Assembly (NCBI GenBank): GCA_963809395.1 | Contig: CAWEJM010000012.1 | Span: 110,367 to 174,366, forward strand | Length of the DNA stretch: 64,000 nucleotides | Source of the DNA: an uncultured Actinomycetes bacterium | Lineage (GTDB): Bacteria; Actinomycetota; Thermoleophilia; RBG-16-64-13 | Reading direction: 5' to 3' | In this document: positions 32,577-44,260 of the stretch, piece by piece | How the letters are laid out: every line of letters begins with the position of its first letter | How positions within the stretch are numbered: the stretch's first letter is position 1 | Translations under genes and position numbers: made by a program | The notes under the pieces: model-generated | Database searches by the model: none | What the model saw: the letters and a program-made list of their open reading frames with translations, nothing else | What the model was told of the DNA's origin: nothing

Positions 32577-33227
32577 TCAGAGCCCTACCAGCGGTCGGAG
32601 CTTCTCCAACTTCGCCGGGCCGATGCCGGGAACCTCGGTCAACTGCTCCACGGAGGTGAAAGGGCCTTGGGCCTCCCGGTAGGCGATGATGTCCTGGGCG
32701 ATGGCGGGACCGACACCGGGTAGGGAATCCAGTTGCTCGAGCGTGGCGGTGTTGAGCGAGACCGGGCCCGTGGTGGCCCCTCCGGCACCCCCGGTCTGCG
32801 GCTCGAGGCGCCACGATCTGGTCGACGACGGTTTCACCGACTCGGGGGACGTACACCCTGCAGCCATCGGTGAGCCGAGCGGCCAGAGTAACGCCTTGCT
32901 GGTCGGCGTCTTCGGTGAAGCCGCCGGCCTGCAGCACGGCCTGGAAGACGCGTGCGTCGGGAGCCACTTGATACACACCCGGGCGACGCACCGCTCCCGC
33001 CACCTGCACGTAGATCAAAGGCGCCTGCGTGGTGCTCGTCGTCGATGACGAGAGGCCCTGCGCCGCTCGACCGCGCCTGCGGCCGGATCGCCGGCGACGA
33101 TGGTCACACCATCGGCCGACGAAGCCGACCCGCCGCGCATCGAGACCACGCCGAGCGTCCCCACCACGAGCACCACGAGGCCCGCGGCGATGTACACGAA
33201 GAGCCGTCTTGTCGGGATGGCGGGCAT
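32577..33227 (-). CDS. comEA: ComEA-family DNA-binding competence protein (SLBB + helix-hairpin-helix), frame-shifted
   Basis: N-terminal TM anchor (MPAIPTRRLFVYIAAGLVVLVVG). SLBB-like segment (IYVQVAGAVRRPGVYQV). C-terminal HhH motifs (LNTATLEQLDSLPGVGPAIAQDIIAYRE...LTEVPGIGPAKLEKL). Confidence 0.85.
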
Positions 33228-33390
33228 GGCCGCAGCATATCCGCCCGGCCCGCCGGGCCCCGCTACGACGAAAGACTGAGCTTGGTCGCCTGGCGCCCTA
33301 GGCGACCGCTGGGCGCGAACGAACGCGGGGCCCGGGGCGGAACGCCGCCCCGGGCCCCGGCATCGGCGGGTAGTGACTACCTCGACGAGA

Positions 33391-33964
33391 TCAGTAGTTC
33401 TCGCAGTAGACCTCGAAGTAGGACTGTGGCTTGGTGCACACCGGGCAGACCTTGGGAGCTTCGTCGCCCTCATGGACATACCCGCACTCCTGGCATTTCC
33501 AGAGGGTGGGGCCGTCTTTCCGGAACACCTTGCCGGCTTCGACATTGACGAGCAGCTTCCGGTAGCGCCGCTCGTGGTATCTCTCCACCTCGGCTACCTT
33601 GCGGAAGGTGATCGCGGCCTTCTTGAAGACCTTCTTCTTCCGCCGTTTGAGCGAAACCGGGGTAGAGCGCCCCCCACTCCGCCAACTCGCCCTCGGCGGC
33701 CGCACGCAGGTTTTCGACGGTCGTATGGACCGGACCGGCCGGGTACGAGGCGGTGAACTCCGGCATGCCTCCGTCAAGCAGACTAAAGAAGCTGAACGCG
33801 TGCGCCCGCTCGTTGTCGGCCGTCTCGAGAAATAGGTTGGCGATCTGCATGTAGCCCTCGTCGGCCGCCACTCTTGCGTAGAACGTGTACCGGTTGCGGG
33901 CCTGGGACTCACCGGCAAAGGCCTTCATGAGGTTCTGTTCGGTCTTCGAGCCCTTCATGTCCAT
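33391..33964 (-). CDS. Rubrerythrin, one frame change
   Basis: MDMKGSKTEQNLMKAFAGESQARNRYTFYA is the ferritin-like diiron domain. The C-terminal rubredoxin-like CQECGY...CPVC lies in ORF 33391-33918. GAGGAG is 8 nt upstream of the ATG. Confidence 0.85.
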
Positions 33965-33978
33965 GTCTTGGCTTCTCC

Positions 33979-34702
33979 TCAATCGAGTCGTCGATCTCTG
34001 GGATCTCCGCTCCACGCCGCCCGCGTCCAGAAAGGCGGCCACCCGCTCGCCCACCTGGCGCTGTCTGTTCTCGAAAAAGTGGTCCGCTCCCTCCACGACG
34101 CTCAGGCTGAAGTCAAGTCCGAGTCCGGCCAACACCCGCTCCACTTCCCGCGGAGGCGCCAAATCGTCACGGTCTCCACACACGGCCAACACCGGCCCCC
34201 GGAATCCGGCCAGCCGCTCGAGCGCGAGAGCGGGCATCTCTTCCCAGGCCACGACGAAGGCGACGAGCGCCAGCGCCTGCACCGGCACCGCCCCGGTCGC
34301 GGCCATCGCCGCCATGACGCTGCCGAAAGAGTAGCCGGCCAGGGCCATCGGAAGCTCCTTCGCGCCGGGCACCTGCTCCCCGGCCAAGCCGGGCAGCTGC
34401 CCCCGCAGATAGGCGGCGGCCGCTTCCACATCCCGATACTCTTCCGTTCCGCTGTACGTCCCCCGGCTCCCACCTACCCCCCGGAAGTTGAAGCGCAGGG
34501 TCGCCATCCCCCGGTCCCGGCACGCCTGCGCGACCCGATACACCACCGGTTGCGCCATCGTGCCTCCGTAGAGAGGGTGCGGGATGCGCGACCACCACCC
34601 CGCCGGCCACCGCGCCGGACGCCGGCCGACTCCAGGATCCCCTCCAGACGGTCGTCGCCCGAGAAGAACAGGTGACCCTCGGCGGCTGAGCTGTCCGGTC
34701 AT
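33979..34702 (-). CDS. Alpha/beta hydrolase (short, DUF-type serine hydrolase), frame-shifted near both ends
   Basis: HPLYGGTM, LRFNFRGVGGS, the nucleophile elbow AGYSFGS and GDRDDLAP...ADHFF are present. The ORF is formally fused in frame to rubrerythrin. An off-frame TGA at 33979-33981, just before the rubrerythrin RBS, is the likely true stop. Confidence 0.65.
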
Positions 34703-34715
34703 GCGGCCGCCCGCT

Positions 34716-35208
34716 TCATTCCCGATAGTTGACGAACTGCACGCGGCAGGCCCAGATCGGCCTCCTTCAGCGCGCTGATGACATCCTGCAGATCGTCGCG
34801 CTTCTTGCCGGTGACCCGGACCTCGTCTCCTTGGATCGCGGCCTGCACCCTGATCTTGGTCTCTTTGACCAGCTTGACCACTTTGCGCGCCGTCTCCATA
34901 TCGATGCTATTGGTGATGGTGACGGTCTGCTTCACCATGTCGCCGCCGGCCTTCTCGGACAGACCGAAGACAAGCGCCTCCGCCTCGATGGAGCGCCGCA
35001 CCGCCTTGGCGATGAGCATGTCCTTTATGGCCCGCAGTTTCATCTCATCCTCGGTGAGGAGCTGGATCTTGGCCTCCTTGCGATCCAGATCGATCTGGGT
35101 CTTGGAACCGCGAAAGTCGAAACGGGTCGCAATCTCTTTCTTCACCTGGTTGACCGCGTTGTCCATCTCCTGCATGTCGACGCGGCTGACTATGTCGAAG
35201 GACGGCAT
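34716..35208 (-). CDS. yajQ: YajQ-family (UPF0234) nucleotide-binding protein, late frame change
   Basis: [35 protein letters not shown] matches across the full family. The canonical C-terminus VQFVNYRE* is recovered after a 1-nt shift and ends at 34716. Confidence 0.85.
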
Positions 35209-35357
35209 TCCTCTTCCTCCTTGAGCGAGAAGCGCAGGACTCTCAGCATACCGCAGCGCGGGTATCTGCGAGCGAGGGAAGCCACCGGGGCCAGCCGGGA
35301 CGCAGGTTACGGACAGGTGGGTGGCAGCCGGCGCCCTACCCTGATACACTCCCCGGC

Positions 35358-36725
35358 ATGTCGCCTGACGGAAAACGGAAGGGCGCCGCGGGTTTCTTGC
35401 AGGCGCAAGAACTGCCCGCAGCCCTGAGGTCACGAGCAGCGCATCTCGCCGCATGGGTGATGGTCGCGGCCCTCCTCGGCAATCTCATCGCCGCCGTTCT
35501 CCCCTTCCCGGTACTCGGTCCCAGCGCCGCTTACGCCGCGTCGTCCAGCCTCGCGTCGGCCCAGGCCGAGCTGAAGAAAGCCAAGGCCGAGCTGAAGGCT
35601 GAGCAGGCCCGACTGGACAAGCTGGCCCAGAAACAGGCCGACGCCGAGACCAGCCTCGAGAAGACCCGCATGCGCATCGAAGAGGTGCAGGCCAAGACCG
35701 AGAAAGCTCAGGCAGGCCTGGCCAAGCTGCAGACCCAGCTCGCCGGCCGGCTCGCCGAGATCTACAAGAATCGCGGATCAGATGCTCTGAACGTACTGGG
35801 CGTCGATCTTCTCCAGCGACGACACCTCTCTAGACGCCGTCATCGAGCGGCTGGCCATGGTGACCCACGTCGTCCAGAGCGACAACCAACTGGTGGCCGA
35901 TGTTCGGAATACGCTCGCGGAGCTCGATCAGCTCGCCGCCGATCTCGCGGCCACGAAGGCCGCCGAGACAGCCCAATCCGCTCAGTTCGCGGCCGCCACC
36001 GAGGCGACGCTCCAGGCCCTGGAGGGCTCCAAGGACACCTACAACCAGCTCCGGGCTCGGGTGGCGACGCTTCAAGCGGAGGAGCGCAAGCGCCAGGAAG
36101 AGGCGCGGAAGGCCGCGGCAGCAAAGGCGGCGGCAGCCAAGGCGGCGGCGGAGGCCAAGGCGGCAGCGCTCAAGGCCGCGGAAGCGAAGGCCGCGGCCGC
36201 CAAGAAGAGCACCACCACCACGAAGGCTCAGACTCCCAAGACCACCAACACCACCAGCCATTCCTCGAGCGGGACCACACAGCCCAACGCCGGCCGATCC
36301 GGCCGTCGACACGAGCGCGGGGTGGGTGTTCCCCGTGCAGGGCCCCAACAGCTTCGTCGACACCTGGGGCGCTCCCCGCTCAGGTGGGCGGAGCTCACAA
36401 AGGCACCGACATCATGACCGCCCGCAACACGCCTTTGGTGGCGGTCGTGGACGGGGTCATCCGCAGCACCAGCCCCACCGATTCAGGGCTGGGCGGCATC
36501 ACCATCTGGCTCAAGGGCGATAACGGCAACACCTACTACTATGCCCACCTGTCGTCGATCAAGAGCGGCATCAAGAGCGGTGTCCGCGTCACTGCCGGCC
36601 AAGTGATCGGCTACGCGGGAAACACCGGGAACGCCAGCGGCGGCGCCGTCCATCTGCACTTCGAGATCCACCCCGGGGGCGGGGCGGCGGTCGACCCCTA
36701 TCCCACTCTGATCAAGTACCGCTGA
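35358..36725 (+). CDS. M23 (LytM-type) metallopeptidase with N-terminal coiled coil and Ala/Lys-rich linker, two frame changes
   Basis: Signal/TM segment, then coiled coil (35358-35860 frame). Coiled coil plus (A/K)n linker in ORF 35857-36417. M23 core in the first frame (SHKGTDIM...YYYAHLSS...[17 protein letters not shown]). The start is uncertain. Confidence 0.8.
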   Translation: MSPDGKRKGAAGFLQAQELPAALRSRAAHLAAWVMVAALLGNLIAAVLPFPVLGPSAAYAASSSLASAQAELKKAKAELKAEQARLDKLAQKQADAETSLEKTRMRIEEVQAKTEKAQAGLAKLQTQLAGRLAEIYKNRGSDALNVLGVDLLQRRHLSRRRHRAAGHGDPRRPERQPTGGRCSEYARGARSARRRSRGHEGRRDSPIRSVRGRHRGDAPGPGGLQGHLQPAPGSGGDASSGGAQAPGRGAEGRGSKGGGSQGGGGGQGGSAQGRGSEGRGRQEEHHHHEGSDSQDHQHHQPFLERDHTAQRRPIRPSTRARGGCSPCRAPTASSTPGALPAQVGGAHKGTDIMTARNTPLVAVVDGVIRSTSPTDSGLGGITIWLKGDNGNTYYYAHLSSIKSGIKSGVRVTAGQVIGYAGNTGNASGGAVHLHFEIHPGGGAAVDPYPTLIKYR

Positions 36726-36731
36726 TCGGAG

Positions 36732-38188
36732 TCACCGCTCCTCCCGGGCTGCGCCCGTTGCTCGCGTAGCAGCCACCGGGACGCAGTGAGGGCCGTCGGC
36801 CAGGTAGGCGATCGCCGGGCTGCGTCCCAGCGCCGCCTCAGATTCCCGGCAGGCTCGGGCGACCGCGGCCTGCACGAACTCGCGCCACCGCGTCGTTCCC
36901 GGCGTCGGTTCCCCGGGCCGGTTCCGCACGCCTCCGAGAGCAAAGGCGCAGGGTCGGCGCACGGCAGGATCGCGTAGTCGCGCCGGTGGCGTCTGCGGAC
37001 TGAAGTAGAAGAGATTGCCGTGAGGGTACGCGGGCGAGCAGCTTGGCCCACATCTGCACCTCCCACTGGTCGTGGACGAACTGCCACCCGTCGCCCTGGA
37101 TCAGGCGAGTGAACTCCTCGGGACCGACCTTGTCGAGCAGTCCGAGCATCCTGCGGTAGGGCTCCGTGCCTATCGGGTCGGGCTCGGTGGTGTCCGCGAC
37201 CACGACCAGGTAGCCCCCGTCCCTGACCGCCCTCGCGCCGACGCACGCCGCCTTCGCCACCTGATAGTGGTTGACGCCGACGTGCCCCCCATGGGTGACG
37301 ACGACGTCGTAGAGACGGTCGAGGGGGAGCTGGGAGAAGCTGCGCAGATGATCGACCGCGGCCAGGTGCGCCTCTTCCATCTCGCCGGCGAAGACACCCG
37401 CCGTCCTGCCGTCCTGACGGATGGTCGCGTTGAGTATGAAGTCGGCCTGGGCCATGCGGGCGATCTCCAGGGACAGCTCGTGGCAGGGATTGCCGTCGAG
37501 GACGAGGTCGGCCACCCGGTCGTCCGCCAGCACTGCCGGCCCGTGGAACTCCCTCACGCTCTCCACGTTCAACAGCCCGGGGCAGATGCTCTTGCGACCC
37601 CCGGAGGCACCGGCCATGAAGTGAGGCTCGACCACGCCGGTGAGGATCCTCAGGTCCGCGTCCACGTACTCGCGGTTCATGGACACCTCGACCCCGTGAA
37701 CGGTCCGGCCGACGCGGACCAGCGCTTCCCGGTCGGCCGCGTCGTGGCAGCGGAGGCGTACCCCCGACCGGGACACCCGCTCGTCCAGCATGGCCGCGCA
37801 TCTCGGCGTCGTCGAGCACCCGGTGGGTGCCGGTGGCGACCAGCACGGTGACGGATTCGGGAGCGAACCCCGCGCTCAAGAGGACTCTCGATCAGGGGCC
37901 AGAGGATGCCGCCCGCGCCCCGGTAGGGCGCCGGGCGGGTGTTGTCCGACACCACGACGACCACCGACGGCCGGGCCGTCCTGCGCGAGCTTCTCCCGAC
38001 ACAACTCGGCGAGAGGCGCGCAGCCCGATGGGGGCGGAGAGCGCCGCCGACACCGCCGCCGGCACGTCGGCCAGCGGCCTCCGGCTCGCGAAGGCGCAGA
38101 ACATCCGTGCCGGCGGAAACACCAGATCGGTCGAGAACGACCGCAGCCGCAGAGGGACCGAGCGTCCGCCTTCGCGCGCTCCCCGCAT
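36732..38188 (-). CDS. larA: Nickel-dependent lactate racemase LarA family (DUF2088), several frame changes
   Basis: Fragments are 37892-38230 (N-terminus), 37677-37964 (VVVVSDNTRPAPY), 36838-37791 (VEPHFMAGASGGRKSICPG...VVTHGGHVGVNHYQ) and 36732-36962 (C-terminus ...YLADGPHCVPV). Confidence 0.75.
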
Positions 38189-40227
38189 CAGGCGACCGTG
38201 GTCCCCAGAGATTCGGCCAGTCCTCCCCACTCTTCGTAGAGTGCGGCGATCTCTTCGCGGAGAACCGCGGCCTCGGCGGAGGCAGTGCCGAGAAGCTCGT
38301 AGTCGGAGAAATGGGCGGGATCGCTCAGCGTGGCGGCCACGGCGGACTGCCGCTCTTCGGCCAGAAGTATGCGCCTCTCCACCTTGCGATACCGACTCTG
38401 CAGCTCTTTGCGTTCCTTGTAGCCCAGCTCGACCGTCACCGCCCTGCCCCTGCCCGCCCGGGCCGCGCCGCAGCCGGGCGCCAGGGCCGGCGCCGGGTCG
38501 AAAGGACGGGCGGCGCCGGCGCGTCCACCGGCGGCTTCGCGGAGACCGCCGTCTCCTGCGCCTTCTTCCACTGGTAGTACTCCCAGTCGCCCGGGTAGTG
38601 GGTCAGACGGCCATCGCGCACTTCGATGATCTTGGTGCCGATGGCGTTGATCAGATGCCTGTCGTGGCTGATGAAGACCACCGAGCCCTCGAACTGGCGC
38701 AGCGCCTCGGTGAGGACCGCGCGCGAGTCCATGTCCAGGTGGTTGGTCGGTTCATCGAGCAGGAGTAGCCCCGCGGGATCTATCAGCATCCGGGCCAAGG
38801 CCAGCCGGGCTTTTTCCCCTCCGGAGAGCACGCCCACCTTCTTGGTCACGTCGTCCTCGCCGAAGAGGAAGGTGCCCAGATAGCTGCGCACCTCGGGCAG
38901 GCGTCCGGCCGGGCCGGCGGCTTCTTCCATGGTGTTGAGCACCGTCCGGTCGGGATGGAGGACCTCCAATTGATGCTGGGCGAAGTACTCCCGGCGCACG
39001 TTGTGGCCCAGCTTGATCGAACCGCCGTCTGGCTCGATGACCCCGGCCAGGAGCTTGAGCAGCGTGGATTTACCCGCTCCGTTGGGCCCCACCAGGGCGA
39101 TCTTCTCGCCCCGCTCGATGACCAGGTCGAGCCGCTTGTAGACCACGTTGTCGCCGTAGGCCTTCCGGACGTGCCTGACCTCGGCCACCACCCGGCCGGT
39201 GCGCGGAGGTTGGGGGAAGCGGAACTTGATGGTCTTGCGCTCCAGGGTGGGGGCGTCGATCCGCTCGGTGCGCTCGATCTGCCGGATCTTCTGCTGGACC
39301 TGCTTGGCCTTGGTGTTCTTGGCCCGGAAGCGGCGGATGAAACTCTCGGCCGCGTCGATCTCGCGCTGTTGGTTCTTGGCCGCGTTGACCAGCGCCTCGT
39401 ACCGCTGCCGCTTCTCAGCTTCGTAGTGGTCGTAGTCACCGGCATAGAGATCGATGATCCCCCGGTCGAGATCGGCGATGTGGGTGACCATGCGGTTGAG
39501 GAAGTAGCGATCGTGGCTGATGACGATGAGCGCTCCCGGCCAGGTGAGCAGGAACTCCTCCAGCCAGAGCGAGACTCTCCAGGTCGAGGTGGTTGGTGGG
39601 CTCATCCATGAGGAGGAGGTCGGGCTGCTCCAGGAGAAGACGAGCCAGGGCGACCCGCATCCGCCAGCCCCCGGAGAGCTCGGCGATAGGCCGGTCGAAG
39701 TCGTCTCTCGCGGAAGCCCATGCCGCGCAGGATGGTCTGAGCCCGAGTCTCCAACTCGTAGCCGTGCGCGCTCTCGAAGGCGGTCTGGATGGCACCCAGC
39801 TCCCGCAGCAGCTCGTCGGGATCGACGCCGGCCGCTCCGGCAGTCGGCCGGCCGGCGTCGGCAGCGCCGCGCGGCCGCGGGCGCCGCTCGCGGCGCCGTA
39901 GGCATGGCTGAGCTGCTCGCCCAGTTCGGCCATGCGACGCTCCGCCGAAAGGACATCCAGATGCGAAGCCAGCACCTCGTCGATGACCGCGTGGTGGGCG
40001 ATCTCCTCGATCTCCTGAGGCAGGAAGCCGATGCGCAGGTCTTTGCGCGCACTGATCTCTCCCCCGTCGAGCGACATCTCGCCGACGATGAGACGCAGTA
40101 GGGTGGTCTTGCCGGCGCCGTTGGGTCCCACGAGGCCCACGCGCATGCCCGGCTTGACGTGCAGGCTGGCTCCGTCGAGCACGGCCTGAGCGCCGAAGGA
40201 TTTGGAGATGTCGGTGAGATGCAGCAT
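38188..40227 (-). CDS. ABC-F family ATPase (two ABC domains, no TMD; translation-factor type), several frame changes
   Basis: First NBD: GLVGPNGAGKTTLL, LSGGWRMRVALARLL, LLMDEPTNHLD. Second NBD: ALVGPNGAGKSTLL, LSGGEKARLALARML, LLLDEPTNHLD. The C-terminal coiled-coil tail is in ORF 38188-38571. Confidence 0.85.
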
Positions 40228-40360
40228 CAGACCGGTAGGATAGCAGCCAGGGAGCTGCCTGCCCCTGCGCCAAGCGCTGATCCTCCCTCAGCGAAAAGAA
40301 ATGCGCCCACCCTCACTGAGAGGATGGGCGCACATCACGGAGGCCTTGCTGCTGTCGCTA

Positions 40361-40732
40361 CTACTTCGTCCAGAACGCGCGCCCGGGCGCGAACACGACG
40401 GCGTACCGGAAGGTCTCGCCACCCAAGGGGGTGAAGTTGTGAACGCTGCCCTTGGACACCCACAGAGCGTCCCCGGGCTCGACGACGTAACTCTCGCCGT
40501 CGACGATGGCTTCGGCGCGGCCGGAGAGGCCGTAGAAGACGTGATCTTCGTCGGCATGGATGTCGTCCAACGCGCGACCGACGAGCGGGTGCAGTTCGGT
40601 GATGCCGAATTCGCACTGCGCCCCAGGGCAGCTCTTGGGATTGACCATGGGCCAGGCGAAACAATTTTCGTGGAGGGGCACTTTGTCGTTCCACGGGGTG
40701 TCCCTGTTGATCTTGACGAGCTTGGCTGCCAT
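40361..40732 (-). CDS. Cupin domain protein
   Basis: MAAKLVKINRD...HADEDHVFYGLSGRAEAIVDGESYVVEPGDALWVSKGSVHNF shows the two-motif cupin pattern. Confidence 0.6.
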   Translation of the reverse strand: MAAKLVKINRDTPWNDKVPLHENCFAWPMVNPKSCPGAQCEFGITELHPLVGRALDDIHADEDHVFYGLSGRAEAIVDGESYVVEPGDALWVSKGSVHNFTPLGGETFRYAVVFAPGRAFWTK

Positions 40733-40851
40733 GGAAGTGATCCTCCTTATCGCCGATGCCCTTAGTTGGCCTGCGGATATGCTTCCGCGATTAAACCACC
40801 CATCGCCCGAGCCAAGCAAGGACTTGTCCCGCAGAGTGGAACACGGTTCCG

Positions 40852-41726
40852 TTATTCGTCCCAGAACAGCTCTTTGTCCGAGCCGGGAGCCACACCCAAC
40901 TCGGCCGCGGTGCCCAACAGCCGCCGGATCGCCTCCTCGCCCTCGGGGCCGTAGTCACGGGTGAACTCGTTCACGTACAGGTCGATGTGAGCCTGACACA
41001 CGGCAGGATCCATCTCTTGAGCATGTTCGCGGATGTATTCGAGAGCCGCGGCCGGGATGAGCGGACGCATGTTCGACGCTCGCGCGGACGGCGCGCTCCA
41101 CCTCGGCCTGGAGTCGCTCGCTCCAGGGACCGAGACACGGCGATCGCGCCGAGGGGGATGGGCAGCCCGGTGGTCTCTTCCCACCACTCCCCCAGGTCCA
41201 CCAGCCGGCGCAGACCATACGACCCAAAGGTGAACCGGCCTTCGTGGATGATCACGCCCGCGTCCACCTCGCCCGATGCCACCGCGGGCATGATGCGATC
41301 GAAAGGCATGACTACCGTGTTCGTGACCCCGCCGGCGAAGAGTCCCAGGAGCAGCGCGCCGGTGGTGAGCTCCCCCGGGATGGCCACCCGGGCCCGGCCG
41401 AGATGGTCCACAAGGGCAGCCACCCGCTGGACGGAAGGCGCCGGACGCAGCCAAGAATCTTTCCGCGCGACCACCAGCGGACCGCAGCCCCGCCCAAGGG
41501 CTCCTCCGGCGTGCAGGAGAGCGTACCTCTCCCGGAGATGGGCGAACGCATGCATCGAGACCTTGATGACGTCCGCCTCTCCCTTCAAGGCCAGTCGATT
41601 GAGCGTGTCGATGTCCTCGAGTCGTTCTTCGACGGGCGGCGCTCCGGGAATCAGGCCATGGACCCAGGCGTGGAAGATGTAGGTGTCGTTCGGACAGGGA
41701 GAATAGGCGAGGCGTAGGTGATCCAT
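40852..41726 (-). CDS. mqnD: 1,4-dihydroxy-6-naphthoate synthase MqnD (futalosine pathway), one frame change
   Basis: MDHLRLAYSPCPNDTYIFHAW...DVIKVSMHAFAHL...GVIIHEGRFTF is followed by a C-terminal fragment in ORF 40852-41454. Confidence 0.8.
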
Positions 41727-41727
41727 G

Positions 41728-42687
41728 TCAGGCCTTGCCGGCATCCTGGGGTGCCGAGCCCGGGCCACCGGATGGGCGCACGGACGGCCTTCGGCGCGTG
41801 GCGCACCCGTCGACGAGAGGGGCAACCTGTCGAGGGCCGCCGCTACGGCGAGCGCGGCCCGCGCCGCCACCGCCACGGCCCGGTCCATCTCCCACGAGGC
41901 CCGGTCCCGGTCGACGACCAGGTTGCTGATCCCCCTGACCTCCAGGAACGGCACGCCGTACAGGGCGCAGATGTGGGCCGCGGCAGCTCCTTCCATGGAT
42001 TCCGCCACCGCTCCCCACCTGCGCGCCACTTCTTCGCCCTCGGCCAGCAGCCCCGTGACCCGAGACGCGGTCACGCATGGCCCGGTGACCACTCTGGGAC
42101 GAGGCTCAGGCCAGAGCCGCGGCCTCGATCGCCGCGGCCGCGGCCCGCACCAGGCGCGCGTCCAGGGGGAAGTCACCGCCCAGCTCGCGGCCGTTCACGC
42201 GGGCCAGCGGTAGCCCCAACTCTTCGGCCGACAGCCAGCCGGCGGGGCTGGAACTGCCGGTATCGGAGTAGATCTCCTCGGTGGCGATGACGATATCGCC
42301 GACCCGCGCGCCCAGCGCCCGCTGCGCGCCGATCTCCTGCCCCATGCGGAGGAACGCGCCGCCCACGCCCACCTGCAGGACGAGCAGACGGCTTTGGCCT
42401 CATGGCCTGCAGAAGGCAGGTGAGCACGTGCGCAGCGTTGGCCTTGTCGCATCCGCTGATAGCCAGCGTCGTCGGCACCGGTCTCGGCGGCGACTCGGCC
42501 GCGCATGCCGGGCGCGCGCTCGCGGTCGAGTCGGCCCACGAAGAGCTTCTTCGTGGCCACGCACATACGGCTCAGGTGCCAGCAGCGCGCCCAGCAGCGG
42601 CTCGGCCTCACCCTCGGTCGCCGTCAGGAGCACCAGCCGGCAACCGCGCGTGGCCTGGCGGAGGGCCTCGCAGCCCTCCAGATCCAC
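41728..42687 (-). CDS. mqnB: Futalosine hydrolase MqnB (PNP/UDP nucleosidase fold), heavily frame-shifted
   Basis: Pieces lie in several frames: CRLVLLTATEGEAEPLL, TLAISGCDKANAAHVLTCLL, VGVGGAF...GDIVIATEE and ESMEGAAAAHICALYGVPFLEVRGISN. A GTG at 42687 abuts the E2 stop. A TGA at 41728 lies 1 nt before the mqnD ATG. Confidence 0.65.
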
Positions 42688-44231
42688 TAGGCGCCTTCCA
42701 GAAGCAGGAGGTCGGGGTCTTCGAGGTAGCCGATGACCAGGTTGAGGAAACGAGTCGCCTCGGCGCCGTCGATCAGCTGGTGGTCGATGGTGAGAGACAG
42801 GGGGAGCATCAGACCGGGTCACCACCTGTCCCTCGCGAACCACCGGTAGTTCACGGACGCGGCCCATCCCCAGGAGGGCCACCTCGGGATAGTTTGTGAC
42901 CGGCGTGGCGAAGGTGCCTCCCACGGCCCCGTAGTTGCTGATGGTGAACGTGCCCCCGTGGAGATCGCGCAGATCGAGACGGCGCTCATCGGCTCGGTCG
43001 ACCAGATCGACGATCTCTTCCGCGATATGGAAGATGCTCTTCTGGTCGGCGTCCTTGATGTTGGGGACCACCAAGCCGTTCTTCGTGTCGATCGCGATGC
43101 CGATGTTGTAGTAGCGCTTGAGCACGAACTCATCGCCCGATTCCTCCAGGACCGCGTTGAGCCGGGGGAAACGCTTGAGAGCGGCCGTGCACGCTTTGAC
43201 CACGAACGCCAGATAGGTCAGGCGCACTCCGCGCTCCGCTGCGATGGTGCGCTCCTTCTCCCGGATGCGCTTGATGATGGTGACGTCAGCTTCGTCCATG
43301 GTCGTCACCTGGGCCTGCTTGGCCACCGATTCGGCCATGCGTTTGGCCATGGTCCGCCGGACCCCCCGAAATGCGACCCGTTCTACCTGACCGAAAGCGT
43401 CCTGCTCGATGATGCCCCCCATGATCGGCCCCACGACCGAGGGTTCGGCGGCCGGGGGCGCCGGACGACGAGCGACGGCGGCGCGGCGGCGCCCGGATGG
43501 CGCTGCCGGCGCGACGACGCCGGGGGCAGCGGCGACCGGCGCGGCCTGCCGCCGCCGGCCGAGCGCCCGCGGTCGCCGCGGCGCCGGGCACGGTCACTCC
43601 GTAAGCCATGGCTTCGGCGACGTCCTCCACGTCCTGCTTGAGGATGCGACCGCCGGGACCGGTGCCGCGGATGAGGGCAAGATCCACCCCGAGCTCCTGG
43701 GCCAGGGCGCGGACGGACGGCATCGCAAGCACGGTGACGTCGGTCGCTCGGGGGGAAGTCGGCGGCGCGGCTGCGCCGCGACCGGCGGAGAAGCGTGGGC
43801 CGTGACCTCCGGCCGGCTCCTCTTCCGGCGCCTCCTCCAGCCGGCCCACCACCGAACCGGTATAGGGCTCGGCTTCTCAGGGACGTCCGCGGCGGGCGCC
43901 GGGAGGGATTCGACGGGCGGAGGCGCCGCCGGCGCGGGCCCGCTGGCCGCCGCCGGCCGCGCTGGCCGCGCGTCCGCGCCGGCACCGCGGCCGCGCCCTC
44001 TTCGATGGTCACCACCACGTCGCCGACCTTGACGATGTCGCCCTCAGCCGCGTGCAGCCGGGCCACCCGGCCGGCCCGCGGCGACGGCAGCTCCACCACC
44101 GCCTTGTCGGTCTCCATCTCGGCCAGGGTCTGGTCTTCGGCGACGAGATCGCCCTCTTTCACTTTCCAGGCGAGAAGCTCGCCCTCGGTGATCCCTTCAC
44201 CAATGTCGGGGAATCTGAATTCGTAGGCCAT
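42687..44231 (-). CDS. Dihydrolipoamide acyltransferase E2 of a 2-oxoacid/acetoin dehydrogenase complex, several frame changes
   Basis: Lipoyl domain ([21 protein letters not shown]...[12 protein letters not shown]). E3/E1-binding domain ([33 protein letters not shown]). Catalytic domain (42400-43434 ... [13 protein letters not shown]), then [14 protein letters not shown]...LLLEGA* in a shifted frame. Confidence 0.85.
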
Positions 44232-44260
44232 GGCTTACCCCCTCTTCCCGGTGGACTCCG

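Noticed and set aside
33391-34702. Apparent alpha/beta-hydrolase-rubrerythrin fusion protein (410-aa ORF).
   Set aside because: An off-frame TGA followed by GAGGAG and the rubrerythrin ATG sits exactly at the junction. The contig is full of 1-nt indels, so two separate genes are much more likely.
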